A stretch of 64,000 nucleotides of DNA, from positions 11,934-75,933 of the forward strand of contig JAXMOL010000041.1 in the NCBI GenBank assembly GCA_034669905.1. Reading direction: 5' to 3'. Under the pieces are notes generated by a model. That model ran no database searches, was not told the origin of the DNA, and was given only the letters and a program-made list of their open reading frames with translations. Source of the DNA: Candidatus Hydrogenedentota bacterium. GTDB lineage: Bacteria; Hydrogenedentota; Hydrogenedentia; Hydrogenedentales; JAEUWI01. Positions 9,208 to 24,200 of this stretch are shown piece by piece. Each line of letters starts with the position of its first letter. Positions within the stretch are counted from its first letter, which is position 1. The position numbers and the translations under genes are program-made.

Positions 9208-12200
9208 ATGAGAGTTGAGCAACGCAGCCCCTTTGCCACGGGGCATACGCGCTTCGCACTATTTGCAATCGGTATCTTATTTATTGGGATACTGTGCCCC
9301 CGTGCGCTTGCGGCCTCGCCAGCAACCCTGTCCGCCCTGCTCTCGCAGTCCTTTTCGGGTGCAGACAAAGTTAATACGGGCAATGTCGCCCCGTCGCCCA
9401 CGTCTACCTTCGTGGCGGTAAGTCCCGACAATTCCACCCCCCCGGACAGCCATGGCGCGGTGGGCCCCAATCATGTGCTCACCCAAACCAACAGCAGCTC
9501 TCGGGTCCACGATCGTGCAGGGAACTTGATCAGTTCCACCGGCATCAAGAATTTCTGGTCGGGCCTGGGTGTCTCCGACGTCTTCGATCCCAAGGTAATC
9601 TATGAGCCCTATATCGGCCGATTCGTGGCCGTGGCATGCGCCCAGCGTCGCTCCTCGGCCTCGGGCATGCTCTTTGGCATGTCGGAAACGTCTGATCCCA
9701 CGGGAAACTGGCACCTCTGGCTCTTGGATGGCGATCCGTCGAACGTCAGCTGGGTGGACTATCCGAATATTGGCTTCATTTCCGGTCGGATCACCTTTAC
9801 GGGCAATCTGTTCACGATCAACGACGACAGTTTTACGGGGTCCAATATCTGGACTATTGATACGGCGAGCGCCGCCGACGGGGGCAGCCTCAACTTCCAG
9901 CTCATGAACGTTACGAACGCGGGTGGATCGCTCAACCCGGCCATGACCTATGATGCGGCAGAGACTACCCAATACATTATCCGGACCGGCACCGCCAATA
10001 TCTTTGGCTCGGGCCGACTCCAGCTCTATACGCTGACCGGAAATATTGGTTCCCTGACCTTTGCGACGAGCCCCAACTCCAGTCGAGGCGACGCCTGGAG
10101 CATATCGGTCCCCAACGCCAAGCAGTTGGGCACTTCCGCCCTGATCGAAACCAATGATACCCGCCTGCAGAATGCGGTGCTTCGGAACGGCACCTTGTGG
10201 GTCGTCCATACCGTATCCCTCAGCACCAGCGTCCGCGATCACGCAGCGGTGAAATGGTGGGAAATCGAAGCCGCCACCGGGCTCACCATCAACGACGGGG
10301 CCATCGAGGATGTGGATGGTGCGGGCAACTTCGACATCAATACCGGCAAACACTACTATTTCCCGTCCGTAGCTGTAAACAAGGACAATGAAATACTTAT
10401 CGGCTTTTCCGGTTCCTCCGGCGAAGAGTACGTCAGCAACTATTACACCTTCCGATCCCCCTCTTATACGGCGGGCGAATTCGATATTCCAGTTCGCTTC
10501 CACGCGGGCGTGGGCACCTATTCGGGACCACGGTGGGGCGACTACAGCCATACGGTGGTCGACCCGGTTGACGACACGACGTTTTGGACCATTCAGGAGT
10601 TTGCCGCGGGTGGAAACCGGGGTGGCAACGCGTGGGCGCAGGTTGGTGGCGACACGGGCGGTGGCGGGGGCGATACGACGCCTCCCCAGGTCAGTGCATC
10701 TTCGGCCACCAACGAGACAACCGTCCGGGTAACCTTTAACGAGCCGATGAGCGACAACGCCAATCTGGTGAACCCTGCCTTCTACACCTTCAGCGGCGGA
10801 CTCACGGCCTCGGCGGTCACCCGGGTCAACGCGACCCAGGTCAACGTCACGGTCAACGAGATGAACAACGGCACCAGCTACACGGTGACCGTCAGCACCA
10901 GCGGGCCCACCGATACGGCGGGCAACCCCCTCAGTGGCAGCGCCAACACGTCCACCTTCACCGGTGTGGGCACCAGCCCGACCGTGACAATTACCCAGAC
11001 CACCAGCAATCCCACCAACGCGAATTCGGTGGTCTACAATGTGCTGTTCAGCGAATCGGTGGGCAGTACCTTCACGTCGGCCGATGTCACTGTAACGGGA
11101 TCCCTGGCCAGCGGTGCCGCTGTCAGTGTCAGTGGCTCGGGCGCGAACTATAGCGTCACTGTAACCCCATCCAACCCCAATGCCGAAGGCACATTGGGCA
11201 TTTCGATCGGCACCGGCGTCTCCGACGCTTCGGGCAACACCTTTGCAGGGGCAAGTGCGCCCACCAATTTCTCGGTGGACAACACGGCCCCGAGCATCAG
11301 TGTCAACACCCTGCTGACCAATCTAACCAGCCCCGCCCTCACCGGTGCTGTCAACGACAGTACGGCCACCATTTCCGTCACGATTTCCGGCCAGACCTTC
11401 ACAGCCACCAACAATGGGAACGGCACCTGGACGCTTCCGGCCGGTACGCTGGCACCCCTGAGCAATGGCACCTTCAACGTGGTCGCCACCGCCACCGACC
11501 CGGCGGGCAACAGCAGCAGCGATCCCTCCAATAACGAAGTCACCGTGGACAATTCCATTCCCACAGTGACCGTAAATACACTCACGACGAATGATCGGAC
11601 CCCGGCCTTAACAGGGACGGTGGATGAAAACGACGCAACGATTACCGTCACCGTCGCGGGGCAGACCCGCAGTGCCACCAATAATGGCAACGGCACCTGG
11701 ACCCTCGCGGACGGCAGCCTCAGCACCCTCGCCGACGGGACCTACGACGTGGCGGTGGTGGCCACCGATGCCATTGGCAACATGGGCATGGACGGCACCG
11801 CCAACGAATTGACCGTGGACAGCACCGCGCCCGTTGTCTCCGTCACCCCCCGTGTGACCAACGACACGCGTCCGGCGCTGAGTGGCAACACCAGCGATCT
11901 CAGCGCGCCGATTCAGGTTTCGGTCAATGGCCAGAATCACACGGCGACCAACCTTGGCGACGGCACCTGGACCCTCGCCGACAATACGATCAATCCTGCC
12001 CTGGCTGCGGGCACCTACAACGTGACGGTCTCCTCTACCGACAGTGCCAATAACACGGGCACAGACAGCACGTCGAATGAGCTGACCATTGACGTAACGG
12101 CTCCGACGGTCACCGTAAATACCCTGACCACCAACGACACGACGCCCCCCCTGAGCGGCACCGTGAATGATGCCGGCGCCACGATCAGTGTGACCGTGAG

Positions 12201-15200
12201 CGGCCAGACACGGACCGCCACCAACAACGGGAACGGCACCTGGACCCTCGCCAATAACAGCCTTTCGGCCCTGGCTGCGGGCACCTACAATGTGGCGGTA
12301 ACGGCCACCGATGTCGCGGGTAACGCCGGATCAGATGGCACCAGCAACGAATTAATCATCGATACCACCGCCCCCACAGTCACGGTTAATACCCTGGCCA
12401 ATCCGACCAATGACAATACGCCGCCACTGAGCGGCACGGTGAATGATGCCAACGCCACGATTTCTATTTCGGTGGGTGGGCAAACCCGAACAGCCACCAA
12501 CAATGGCACCACCTGGTCCCTGGCCAATGGCGCGCTGAGTACCCTCGCCGACAACACCTACAACGTGGTAGCCACGGCAACGGATGTGGCAGGGAACGTG
12601 GGTACGGATGGCACGACCAATGAACTGACGGTGGACACGGTGGCACCCACGGTCACTGTGAACGCCCTGACGACCACCGATGCGACGCCCGCACTCACGG
12701 GTACGGTCAATGACAACACGGCGGTGATCCTCGTAACCGTGAACGGCATGAGCCGCAACGCCACCAACAACGGCAACGGTACCTGGACCCTGGCCGACAA
12801 CTCCCTGTCGACCTTGCCCGACGGCACCTACAACGTGGCCGTTACGGCCACCGATGCCGCCACCAACAGCGGATCCGACAGCACGAGCAACGAACTGGTG
12901 GTGGATGCCACCGTACCGGTGATTACCCTCACTCCCCGGACGACCAACGACAATCGCCCTGCCCTGAGCGGAACGGTGGACGACGCCACGGCAACGGTCA
13001 CGATTGCGGTCAACGGTCAGAATCACACCGCCACCAACAACGGCAACGGCACCTGGACCCTGGCCGACAATACCATTAACCCCGCACTGCCGGACAATAC
13101 CTACAGTGTCACGGCGACGGCCACCGATGCTGCGGGCAATGCCGGCGTCGATGGCACGAGCAACGAGCTGACCATTGATACGCAGACGCCGACGGTCACG
13201 GTAAATACCCGTACCACCAATGACACCACCCCCGCGCTTACCGGAACGGTGGACGACAACAGTGCCACCATCACGGTGGTGGTAGCGGGTCAAAACCGTA
13301 CGGCCACGAACAACGCCAACGGCACCTGGACCCTGGCAGACGGATCGCTGAACGTCCTGGCGCAAGGGACCTATAACGTGGCGGCCACGGCGACGGATGC
13401 CGCGGGCAACGCGGGTAACGATGGGACTTCCAACGAACTCACCATCGATACGACGGCGCCCACCATTACGGTATCGACCCTGCTTACCAACGACACGACC
13501 CCGGCCCTGTCTGGTACGGTGAATGACAGCACGGCCACCATCTCGGTGACGGTCTCGGGCCAGACCCGAAGCGCCACCAACAATGGTGACAACACCTGGA
13601 CCCTGGCCGACAACAGCCTCACCGCCCTGGGCCAAGGTGTCTTCAGTGTAACGGCGCGGGCCACCGATGCCGCCGGCAACCAGGGCACCGATGGCTCGGC
13701 CAATGAGTTGACCATCGACAGCGTCACCCCGACGGTCACCGTCAATTCCCTGACCACGACCGACGCCACCCCGGCGCTCACGGGTACCGTCAGCGAGACC
13801 GGGGCTGCCGTCCGGATTTCCGTCGGCGGACAAAGCAATCTCGTCGCCACAAACAATGGCAACGGCACTTGGACCTTGCCCGACAACACCATTAACCCGG
13901 CCCTCGCCGATGGGACCTTCGACGTGTCCGCGACGGCGACCGACGCGGCGGGTAACGCGGGCACCGACAGCACCACCAACGAACTGACGGTGGATAATAC
14001 GGCCCCGGTGGTTTCCGTCAACACCTTGAGCACCAACGATAGCAGTCCTCAATTGACCGGTACAGTCAATGACAGCAGCGCCACCATTCGTGTGGATGTG
14101 GATGGACAGACCGATCTGGCGGCCACCAACAATGGCAACGGCACCTGGACCCTTCCAGACAATGCGATCAACCCGGCCCTGGCCACCGGCACCTATGACG
14201 TCACGGTCCGGGCCACTGACGGTCAGGGCAATGTGGGCACGGATGGCACGTCGAATGAATTGACGATCGACACCACTCCGCCGATCATCATGATCACGAC
14301 TCTGCTGACCAACGACACCCGCCCGGCACTCAGCGGCTCGGTCGATGACAACGGCGCAAGCATCGTCGTCGCCGTCGCAGGCCAGAACCGCAATGCCACG
14401 AATAACGGCGACGGCACGTGGACCCTGGCGGACAACACCATTAACCCCGCACTGGCTCAAGGCACCTACAATGTGGCGGTAACCGCTACCGATGCGGCGG
14501 GCAACAGTGCCACCGACAGCACCAATGCCGAGCTGACCATCGACACCACCGCGCCGACGGTGACGGTGAACAGCCGGGTCACGACCGACACGCGTCCCGC
14601 ACTGAGCGGCACGGTCAACGACACCAACGCGGCCATCCGCGTTTCTGTGGGTGGACAGACAAACCTCGTGGCCACCAACAACGGCAACGGCACCTGGACC
14701 CTCGCCGACGATACGATCAATCCGGCGCTTGGCGATAACACCTATAATGTAGTGGTCACCGCGACGGATGCCGCAGGCAACGTGGGTACGGATGGCACGT
14801 CCGGTGAACTGACGGTCGACACGACCGCCCCGGTTGTAACGGTTGCCACCCTCGCCACCAACGACAACCGCCCGGCGCTCACGGGCACCGTCAACGACAA
14901 CAGTGCGACCATTACCGTCGTGGTGAGTGGCCAGAGCAACACCGCCACCAACAATGGCAATGGCACCTGGACCCTGGCCGACAACACGTTGACCACCCTG
15001 CCCGACGGCACCTTTGAGGTCGCGGTTTCCGCACGGGACACCGCGGGCAATACGGGTACGGATGGCACCAACAACGAATTAACCATCGACACGACCGCCC
15101 CGACCATCTCGGTTAACAACCGATCCACCAACGATAGTACGCCCTCGTTGTCGGGCGCCGTAAACGATGCCAGTGCCACCATCTCGATTCAGGTCGGTGG

Positions 15201-18200
15201 CAACACCTATCCCGCCACCAACAACGGCGCGACCTGGACCCTGGCGGACAACACCATCAGCCCCGCACTGGCTCCCGGTACCTACAACGTGATCGCCACG
15301 GCCACGGACACCATCGGCAATGCAGGCACCGACGCCACCAACAACGAGCTGGTGATCGACACGGCAGCCCCCACGATTACCGTGAACAGCCTGACCACCA
15401 ACGACACCACGCCCCCGCTTTCCGGTACCGTCGATGACAGTAGTGCCACCGTCCGCGTTACGGTGGGCCCCAACACCTACACGGCCACCAACAATGGTAC
15501 GACCTGGACGTTGAATAACAATGTCATCTCCCCCGCGCTTGCACCGGGGACCTATGATGTGGCCGTCACGGCTACCGATACGGTCAACAACGTCGGGTCC
15601 GATGGCAGCAGCGATGAACTAATCATTGATACGACGGACCCGATCATCACCGTCGATAGCCTCACCACCAACGATACGACCCCCGAACTGACGGGCAACG
15701 TGGACGACCTGACGGCGACGGTCACCATCAGCGTGGGTAGCCAGAGCCACCCCGCCACGAACAACGGCGACGGCACCTGGACCCTCACCGACGGCACCAT
15801 TTCCCCCACCTTGTCGGCAGGCACCTATGATGTCACCGCCACGGCGACCGATAGCGCTGGCAATACCGGAATGGATGAAAGCTCGGGCGAGTTGATTGTC
15901 GACACGACGGCACCGGTGGTCACGGTGAACACCCTCACCACGACCGATAATCGTCCGGCCCTCTCCGGCACGGTGGATGATACCAACGCCACCATCTCGG
16001 TGACGGTTGGTGCCCAGACCCACGCCGCCACCAACAACGGCAACGGCACCTGGACCCTCGCCGATAACACCATTGATCCCGGCCTCAGCGACGGTACCTA
16101 CAATGTGGCCGTGAGCGCCACGGACTCGGCCACCAATGTGGGCACCGACGCAACGTCCAACGAACTCACCATCGATACCCAGGCGCCGACCATCACGGTC
16201 AACACCCTGGTTACAAACGATACGACACCGGCCCTTACGGGTAACGTAGACGACAACGCGGCGACCGTCCGCATCGTGGTCAGTGGCCAGACCCACACGG
16301 CCACGAACAATGCCAACGGCACCTGGACCCTCGTCGACAACACGATCACGGCCCTGCCCGACAACACCTACAACGTGGCCGCCACGGCTACCGACGCAGC
16401 GGGCAACAGTGCCAGCGACGCCACCACCAATGAGTTAACAATTGATACCACAGGGCCGATGATAACCGTCGACTCGCTGGCCACCAACGACAACCGTCCG
16501 GAACTCACCGGCACCATCAATGATGCCACGGCCACGATTACGCTGGACGTCGGCGGACAAAACGGGCTGGTCGTCACCAACAATGGAAACGGCACCTGGA
16601 CGCTTGCCGACGACACCATCAACCCCGACCTGACCGACAACACCTACAACGTGGCGGTGACAGCGACGGACAGTGTGGGCAATGTGGGCATGGACAGCAG
16701 CACCAACGAACTCCGCATCGACACGACGTTGAATGTAACCGTCAACGCCCTCACAACCAGCGATTCCACGCCCGCATTGAACGGCACCGTAGATGACGCC
16801 ACGGCGACGATTGCCCTGACGGTAGGTGGCCAGAATCACACCGCCTCCAACAACGGCAACGGCACCTGGACCCTCGCCGACAACACGATCTCGCCGGTGC
16901 TCACGGATGGCACCTATGAAGTCGTCGTCACCGCGACCGACAGCCTGGGTAATGTGGCCAATGATGCCACCAGCAACGAACTGGTCGTCGACGGCTCCGT
17001 GCCCACGGTCACCATTAACAGCCTCGTCACCGCAGACACCCGTCCGGAACTCACGGGTACGGTCAGCACACCGGCGGCCACGATCCTGGTGGACGTGGGT
17101 GGTCAGACCAATCTCGCGGCCACCAACAATGGCAACGGCACCTGGACCTTGCCCGACGACACGATAAGCCCCGACCTGACCGACGGCACCTATGACGTGT
17201 CGGTACGGGCCACCACGAGTGGCACGGGTACGGACAGCACGGCCAACGAGTTAATCATCGATACCACGAATCCGACGGTGACGGTCAACACCCTGACCAC
17301 CAACGATCAGCGCCCGGCACTGAGTGGCACCATTGATGAGCCCGGCGCGACCATTACCGTGGATGTGAATGGACAAACCGGCCTCGTCGCCGTCAACAAT
17401 GGTAATGGCACCTGGACCCTCGTCGATGACACGATTAGTTCCGACTTGGCCGCCAACACCTATGATGTATCCGTCACCGCGACAGATGCCGCAGGCAACG
17501 TGGGGAACGACGCCACCAACAACGAGTTGATCATCGATCTGACGGCACCCACCGTCGCGGTAGACACGTTGCTTACCCGGGACAACACGCCGGCATTGGG
17601 TGGCTCGATCAGCGACAACAACGCCACCATCTCGGTCAATGTGGATGGTCAAATCCGCACGGCGGTCAATAATTCCAACGGCACGTGGACCCTCGCCGAC
17701 AATCAGCTCAGCCCCCTCGCCGACAGCACCTTCGATGTGTCCGTCACGGCCACCGATACCGCCGGCAACATGGGCACCGACGTCACCAGCGACGAGCTAA
17801 CCGTGGATACGATTGCCCCCACGATCGCGGTAAACACCCTGGTAACCTCCAACAACCAACCCCAACTCACCGGTACCATTAACGACAACACGGCCACCAT
17901 CACCATCAGTGTGGGTGGACAGAGCGGGCTGGTCGCCACCAATAACGGCAATGGCACCTGGACCCTCGCCGCAGGCACCATCGCCCCGGCCCTGGCCGAC
18001 AACCTGTACAACGTGACAGCGGTTGCCACCGATGGGGCCGGTAATACCGCCTCTGACGGTGGTAGCAACGAGTTGCGTATCGACACAACGGCACCCACCG
18101 TGACCGTCAATACCCTGAGTACCACAGACCGCCGTCCCCCGCTCTCTGGCAGCGTGAACGACACGACTGCGACCGTCACCGTCAGCGTGGGTGGTCAGAC

Positions 18201-21200
18201 GGGCCTCGCGGCCACCAACAATGGTAATGGCACGTGGACCCTGGCGGACAACACCATCAATCCCAACCTGGCCGACAACACCTATGACGTGAGTGTTACG
18301 GCCACCGACGCGTTGGGCAATGTCGGAACCGATGGCACGACCAACGAACTCACCATCGATGCCACGGCACCGACGGTCAGTATTAATCCCCTCACGACCA
18401 ACGATAACCGTCCCGAGCTCACCGGGAGTATCAACGACAACACCGCCACGATTCGTGTCCGTGTCAATGGTCAGACGCGTACGGCCACCAACAATGCCAA
18501 TAGCACCTGGACGCTCGCCGACGATACCATCACCCCGGCACTTTCCGACGGCACCTATGATGTCATTGTCTTCGGTATCGACACCCTCGGTAATACGTCG
18601 ACCGACAGCAGCGTCAACGAACTGCGTATTGATACGGTGACCCCCACGGTGACGGTAAACACGCTCACCACCAACGACCAACGTCCACCCCTGAGTGGCA
18701 CCGTCGATGACCCAACCGCGACCATTACCGTGGATGTGGGTGCACAGACGGGGCTTTCCGCCACCAACAATGGCAACGGTACCTGGACCCTGGCCAACGA
18801 CACCATTGGTTCCGATCTGCCCGAAAACATCTACGATGTCGTGGTGACCGCCACCGACAGTGCGGGCAATGCAGGTAGTGACGGGACGACCAACGAACTC
18901 GACATCGACCTGAGTGCACCTAACATTACGGTCACATCCCAGAATACCAATGACACGACGCCAGCAATCTCCGGCTCGGTAAGTGACAACAACGCCACCA
19001 TCGAAGTGGACGTGGCCGGTCAGAATAATTTGACGGCCACCAACAATGGCGATGGCACGTGGACCCTGCCCGACAACACCATTACGCCTCTCGCCGCCAA
19101 CACCTACAGCGTGGTGGCCCGCGCGACCGATGCGGCGGGTAATGTCGGCACTGACGCCACCAACAATGAGTTGACCATCGACACAGGTGCCCCCACGGTC
19201 ACGGTCACCCCCCTCACGACGGCTGACAACACCCCGGCACTCTCGGGTACGGTAGACGATGCCGCAGCCACCATTTCCGTCATGGTGGGCGGCCAGACCC
19301 ATACCGCTACCAATAACGGGGCCACGTGGACCCTCGCGGATAACACGATCTCGCCGTCCCTGAATGATGGGACCTACAATGTGGAGGTAACGGCCACCGA
19401 TACCTTCGGCAATGCCGGCACCGACGGGACGTCCGGCGAATTGGAGATCGACACCACGCCGCCCGTGGTAACGGTCAGCAGCCTCACCACCGCCGACACC
19501 CGCCCCCAATTGACGGGTACGGTGAATGACAGTGCCGCGACCATCCTCATTGACGTCGGTGGGCAAACCGGCCTGGCGGCCACCAACAACGGTAACGGCA
19601 CCTGGACCCTGGCCGACAATACCATTGCTCCGGCCCTGACCGACAACACCTACGACGTAGTCGCCACCGCGACGGATGCGCTGGGCAATAGCGACACGGA
19701 TGCCACCACCAACGAACTCGTCATCCTGACCGCCACGCCTGTCATAGCCATCGACACCCTGGTGACCAACGATACGCAACCGCCGCTTACGGGCACGGTA
19801 GACGATACGACGGCCACCATTTCGGTCCTGCTCGCCTCCCAGACCTACACGGCCACCAACAATGGCGATGGCACCTGGACCCTGGCCGACGACACGATCA
19901 GTCCGGCACTGGCCCAGGGCGCCTACAACGTTACCGCCTCGGCCACCAATGCGGCCGGCACGGTGGGCGCGGACAGCTCGAACAATGAACTTACCATCGA
20001 TCTGACGGCACCCACCATCACGGTCACCACCCGCTTCACGCAGGACACGACCCCGAGCCTGAGCGGCACGACCAACGACAACAATGCCACCATTACCATC
20101 GACGTGGATGGCCAGACCGGCCTGACCGCCACCAACAATGGCAACGGTACCTGGACCCTCGCGGACAACACGATTACGGCGCTCGCGCAGGGCTCCTATA
20201 ATGTGACCGCCCGTGCGACCGATGTGGCGGGCAACGTGGGTACCGACAGCACGACGCCGGACCTGCACATTGACACCACGGCCCCGACGGTTACCGTGAC
20301 CGCCATTTCGACCACCGACAATACACCGGGACTCTCGGGTACGCTGTCTGACAATATCGCCGCCAGCGCCCTGACCGTTTCCGTCAATGTCGATGGCCAG
20401 GTTAATACGGCATTCCGCATCGGTAATTCCTGGTTCCTCAGCAATGGCGCGTTGACCACCCTGGCCGATGGCCCCCATGACGTCCAGGTGACCGTCACCG
20501 ACTCGGCGGGCAATGTGGGCAACGACGGCACGACGAACGAACTGATTATCGACACGACGGCCCCCATGGTCACGGTCGACCCCCTGCAGACGGTAGACAA
20601 CACGCCGGCCCTGACGGGTACCGTGGACGATACGACTGCCACCATTACGGTGGATGTAGGCACCCAAACAGGACTGACCGCCACCAACAATGGCGACAGC
20701 ACCTGGACCCTGGCCGATAACACCCTGAGCACCCTGCTAGACGGTACCTATAATGTAAGCGTCACAGCGACCGACACACTGGGGAACAACGGCAGCGATG
20801 GAACGACCGATGAATTGACCATCGATGCCACCGCACCGGTCGCAACCGTCGATACCCTTATCACCAACGACAGCACGCCGCCCCTCTCCGGTACGGTCGA
20901 TGATACGGCAGCCACCATTGCGGTCTCCGTGGCGGGTAATACCTTCCCGGCTACCAACAACGGCGACGGCACCTGGACCCTGGCAGACGACACCATCACG
21001 CCAGCGCTTGCCACCAACACCTACAACGTCGCAGTGACCGCCACAGATACCCTGGGCAATGTGGGCACCGACAGCACCTCCGGTGAATTGGAAGTGGACC
21101 TGGTATCGCCGATCATTACGGTGAACAATTTCTCAACCAACGACACCACGCCCCCCCTCACCGGCACGGTGGATGATCCCAACGCCACCATCCGGATAAC

Positions 21201-24200
21201 GGTAGGTACCCAGACCAATCTGCTCGCGGCCAACCTGGGCAACGGCACGTGGAATCTGGCCGATGGCCGCCTCAGCGCCCTCGTCGACAATGTCTACGAT
21301 GTACAGGCCCAGGCCACCGACGTCGCCGGCAATGTCGGGACGGATATGTCGACAAACGAGTTGACCATTAATACGGAAGCGCCGACGGTCACGGTCGATA
21401 CCCTGAATACGACGGACAACACCCCCCCGCTCACGGGCACCGTGGACGATCCCAATGCCACGATCCAGGTCTCCGTGGCGGATCAGGACCATATGGCCAC
21501 CAACAATGGGGACGGCACGTGGACCCTGGCCGACAATACCCTGACGGCCCTGGCCGACGGACATTACAATGTATTCGTCGAGGCCCGGGACCTGCAGAAC
21601 AACGTGAGTAATGATCCGACACAGGACGAACTCGCCATCGATACGGTAGCGCCCGTCGTCACCTTGAACCCCCTGCTGACCAACGATGCCCAGCCTGCCC
21701 TGAATGGCACGGTGGACGATCCCACGGCAATCATTACCGTAGACATTAATGGCGAAACCGGTCTGGCCGCCACCAACAATGGCGACGGCACGTGGACTCT
21801 CGCCGACAATACTGTGGCGGCCCTGCCCCACAATCCCACGGGCTATGACGGCGTGGTTCATGCCGTCGACACCTTTGGCAATGCCGCCGTCGATGGAACG
21901 ACCAACGAGATCCAGATAGACCTCGTGGCCCCGGTCATCACGGTAGACAGCCTGAACACCGCCGAGCCCTCCCCCCAGTTAACAGGTACGGTGGACGACA
22001 CCATGGCCACCATCATGATCACGGTCAATGGACAAACGGTCGAAGCCACAAACAACAGTAACGGCACCTGGACGCTGGCCGGCGGCACGCTGAACGCCCT
22101 CACGAGTGGCATCTATAACGTCATGGCGACTGCCCTCGATGCGGCAGGTAACTCGGCCTCCGATGGCACGGCAAACGACCTGGTCATTGATACGCTCCCA
22201 CCGGTGGTCACCGTCGACACGCTCATCACGACCGATACCACCCCCCCACTCAGCGGTACCGTGGATGACGTCGCCGCCATTATCGCCATCGAATTGAATG
22301 GAGCCACCTACCTGGCCACGAACAATGGCAACGGCACCTGGACCCTCGCCGATGATACCGTGGCCCCCCTGGCCGACGGGCAATACGATGTCCTTGCCCG
22401 GGCCACCGACACCCTGGGCAACGAAGGGGTCGACGCGACTGACGGCGAGCTCAATATCGATACCAACGGGCCGACCGTAACGGTGAATGTACTCATCACC
22501 AACGATACGACGCCGGCCCTCTCCGGCACCGTGTCTGAAAATGGGGTAACCCTGGTTGTAACGGTGGCGGGAATCGACTACCCCGCCACCAATAACGATG
22601 ACGGCACCTGGACCCTCGCCGATGACACGATTTCCCCGCCCCTTGCCGAGGGCGATTACAATGTGACCGTGGTCGCGACCGACGCCCTCGGAAATATGGG
22701 TGCCGATTCAACGGCTGATGAGTTGCGCATCGACACCACCGCGCCGACCCTTACCGTGACACCGCGCCTGACCATGTTGGCTTCGCCCGCCCTTTCGGGT
22801 ACGGTGAATGATCCCACGGCCACCGTGGTCGTGGTCGTCGACGGCAACAGCTATACGGCCGCCAACATCGGCAATGGCACGTGGAGCCTCGTGGAAGGCC
22901 TCATCGCGCCCCTGACTTCCGGAGTCTATGAAGTGGCAGCCCAGGCCACCGACCCGGCCGGGAACGTGGTCAATGACACCAGTACCGATGAACTTACCAT
23001 CGATCTGGACGTGCCCGCGGTCACGGTCGACCAATTGATTACCAACGATAATACCCCGGCGCTTACGGGTACCATTGATGACCCCGATGCGACCATTACC
23101 GTTTCGGTAGCCGGCCAGACTTTCCCCGCCGTCAACAATGGCGATGGCACGTGGACCCTGGCCGACAATACGCTCACGACCCTGCCCGATGGCGTGTATA
23201 ACATCATTGCCGTGGCGACCGATCTCGCGGGCAATACGGATACGGATCCCTCGCTGGTGGACGATCTCTTCGTCATCACCGCAGCGCCTACGGTCACGGT
23301 GAACCCCTTGACCACCCGTGACACCACGCCCCAGTTAAACGGTACGATCAACCAGACCACGTCGACCATCCGTGTCACCGTGGACGGCCAGACCCTCGAC
23401 GCCGTCAATAACGGAGATGGCACCTGGACCCTGGCCGACAACGCCCTGGCCCCCCTGGCCGAAGGCACCTATGATGTCGACGTCCGTGCGACCGACCGAC
23501 TGGGCAATGAAGGCCCGGACATCACCACCGATGAACTCACCATCGATCTCAACGCCGCGCTGATTACGGTGGATACGCTGCAAAGCCGCGATCGTACGCC
23601 GGCCCTCACCGGCACCGTCGACCAGCCCGACGTAGCCATCACGATTGCCGTCGATGGCCAGCTTCATGATGCCACCAATAATGGAGACGGCACCTGGACC
23701 CTGGCGGACAACACCCTCACTCCCCTCGTGGAAGGGGTCTATGATGTCGTGGCAAATGCCAACGGTGCGACAGACGCAACCGTAAATGAGCTGACCATCG
23801 ATACCTTTGGCCCATCGGTGCTGCTGAGCGGACCCAGCATAAGTAATACCAAGACCGGGCCCGTCAGTTTCAGCGTGCGCTATGATGGGGCCTCTTTCAT
23901 CGGGTTGCTGGAAAGTGACCTTGAGGTCTTCGCCATCCTGGACGAAAACCCAACGGTATTGAAAAATGCCGTCCCGGCCCAGGCCAAGACCTTCCCCATT
24001 TCAACGGCCACGGCCACGGGTACGGTGTCCATCACCGGCACGGGAAATGAACTGCGCACCGTAACCATTTCCAACATCACGGGCGATGGCTATCTGGGTA
24101 TCGCAATCATCGCCGGTACGGCGCTCGATGCCGTGGGCAACCCCTCCCCCAGCGCCGTCAGTACCGACCTCGTCTTTGTCGACAACCAGGCACCGGGTGT

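Noticed and set aside
7258..10650. Paralogous head domains as a diversity-generating retroelement TR/VR pair
   Set aside because: Divergence is general rather than adenine-specific, both are full ORFs, and no reverse transcriptase is present.
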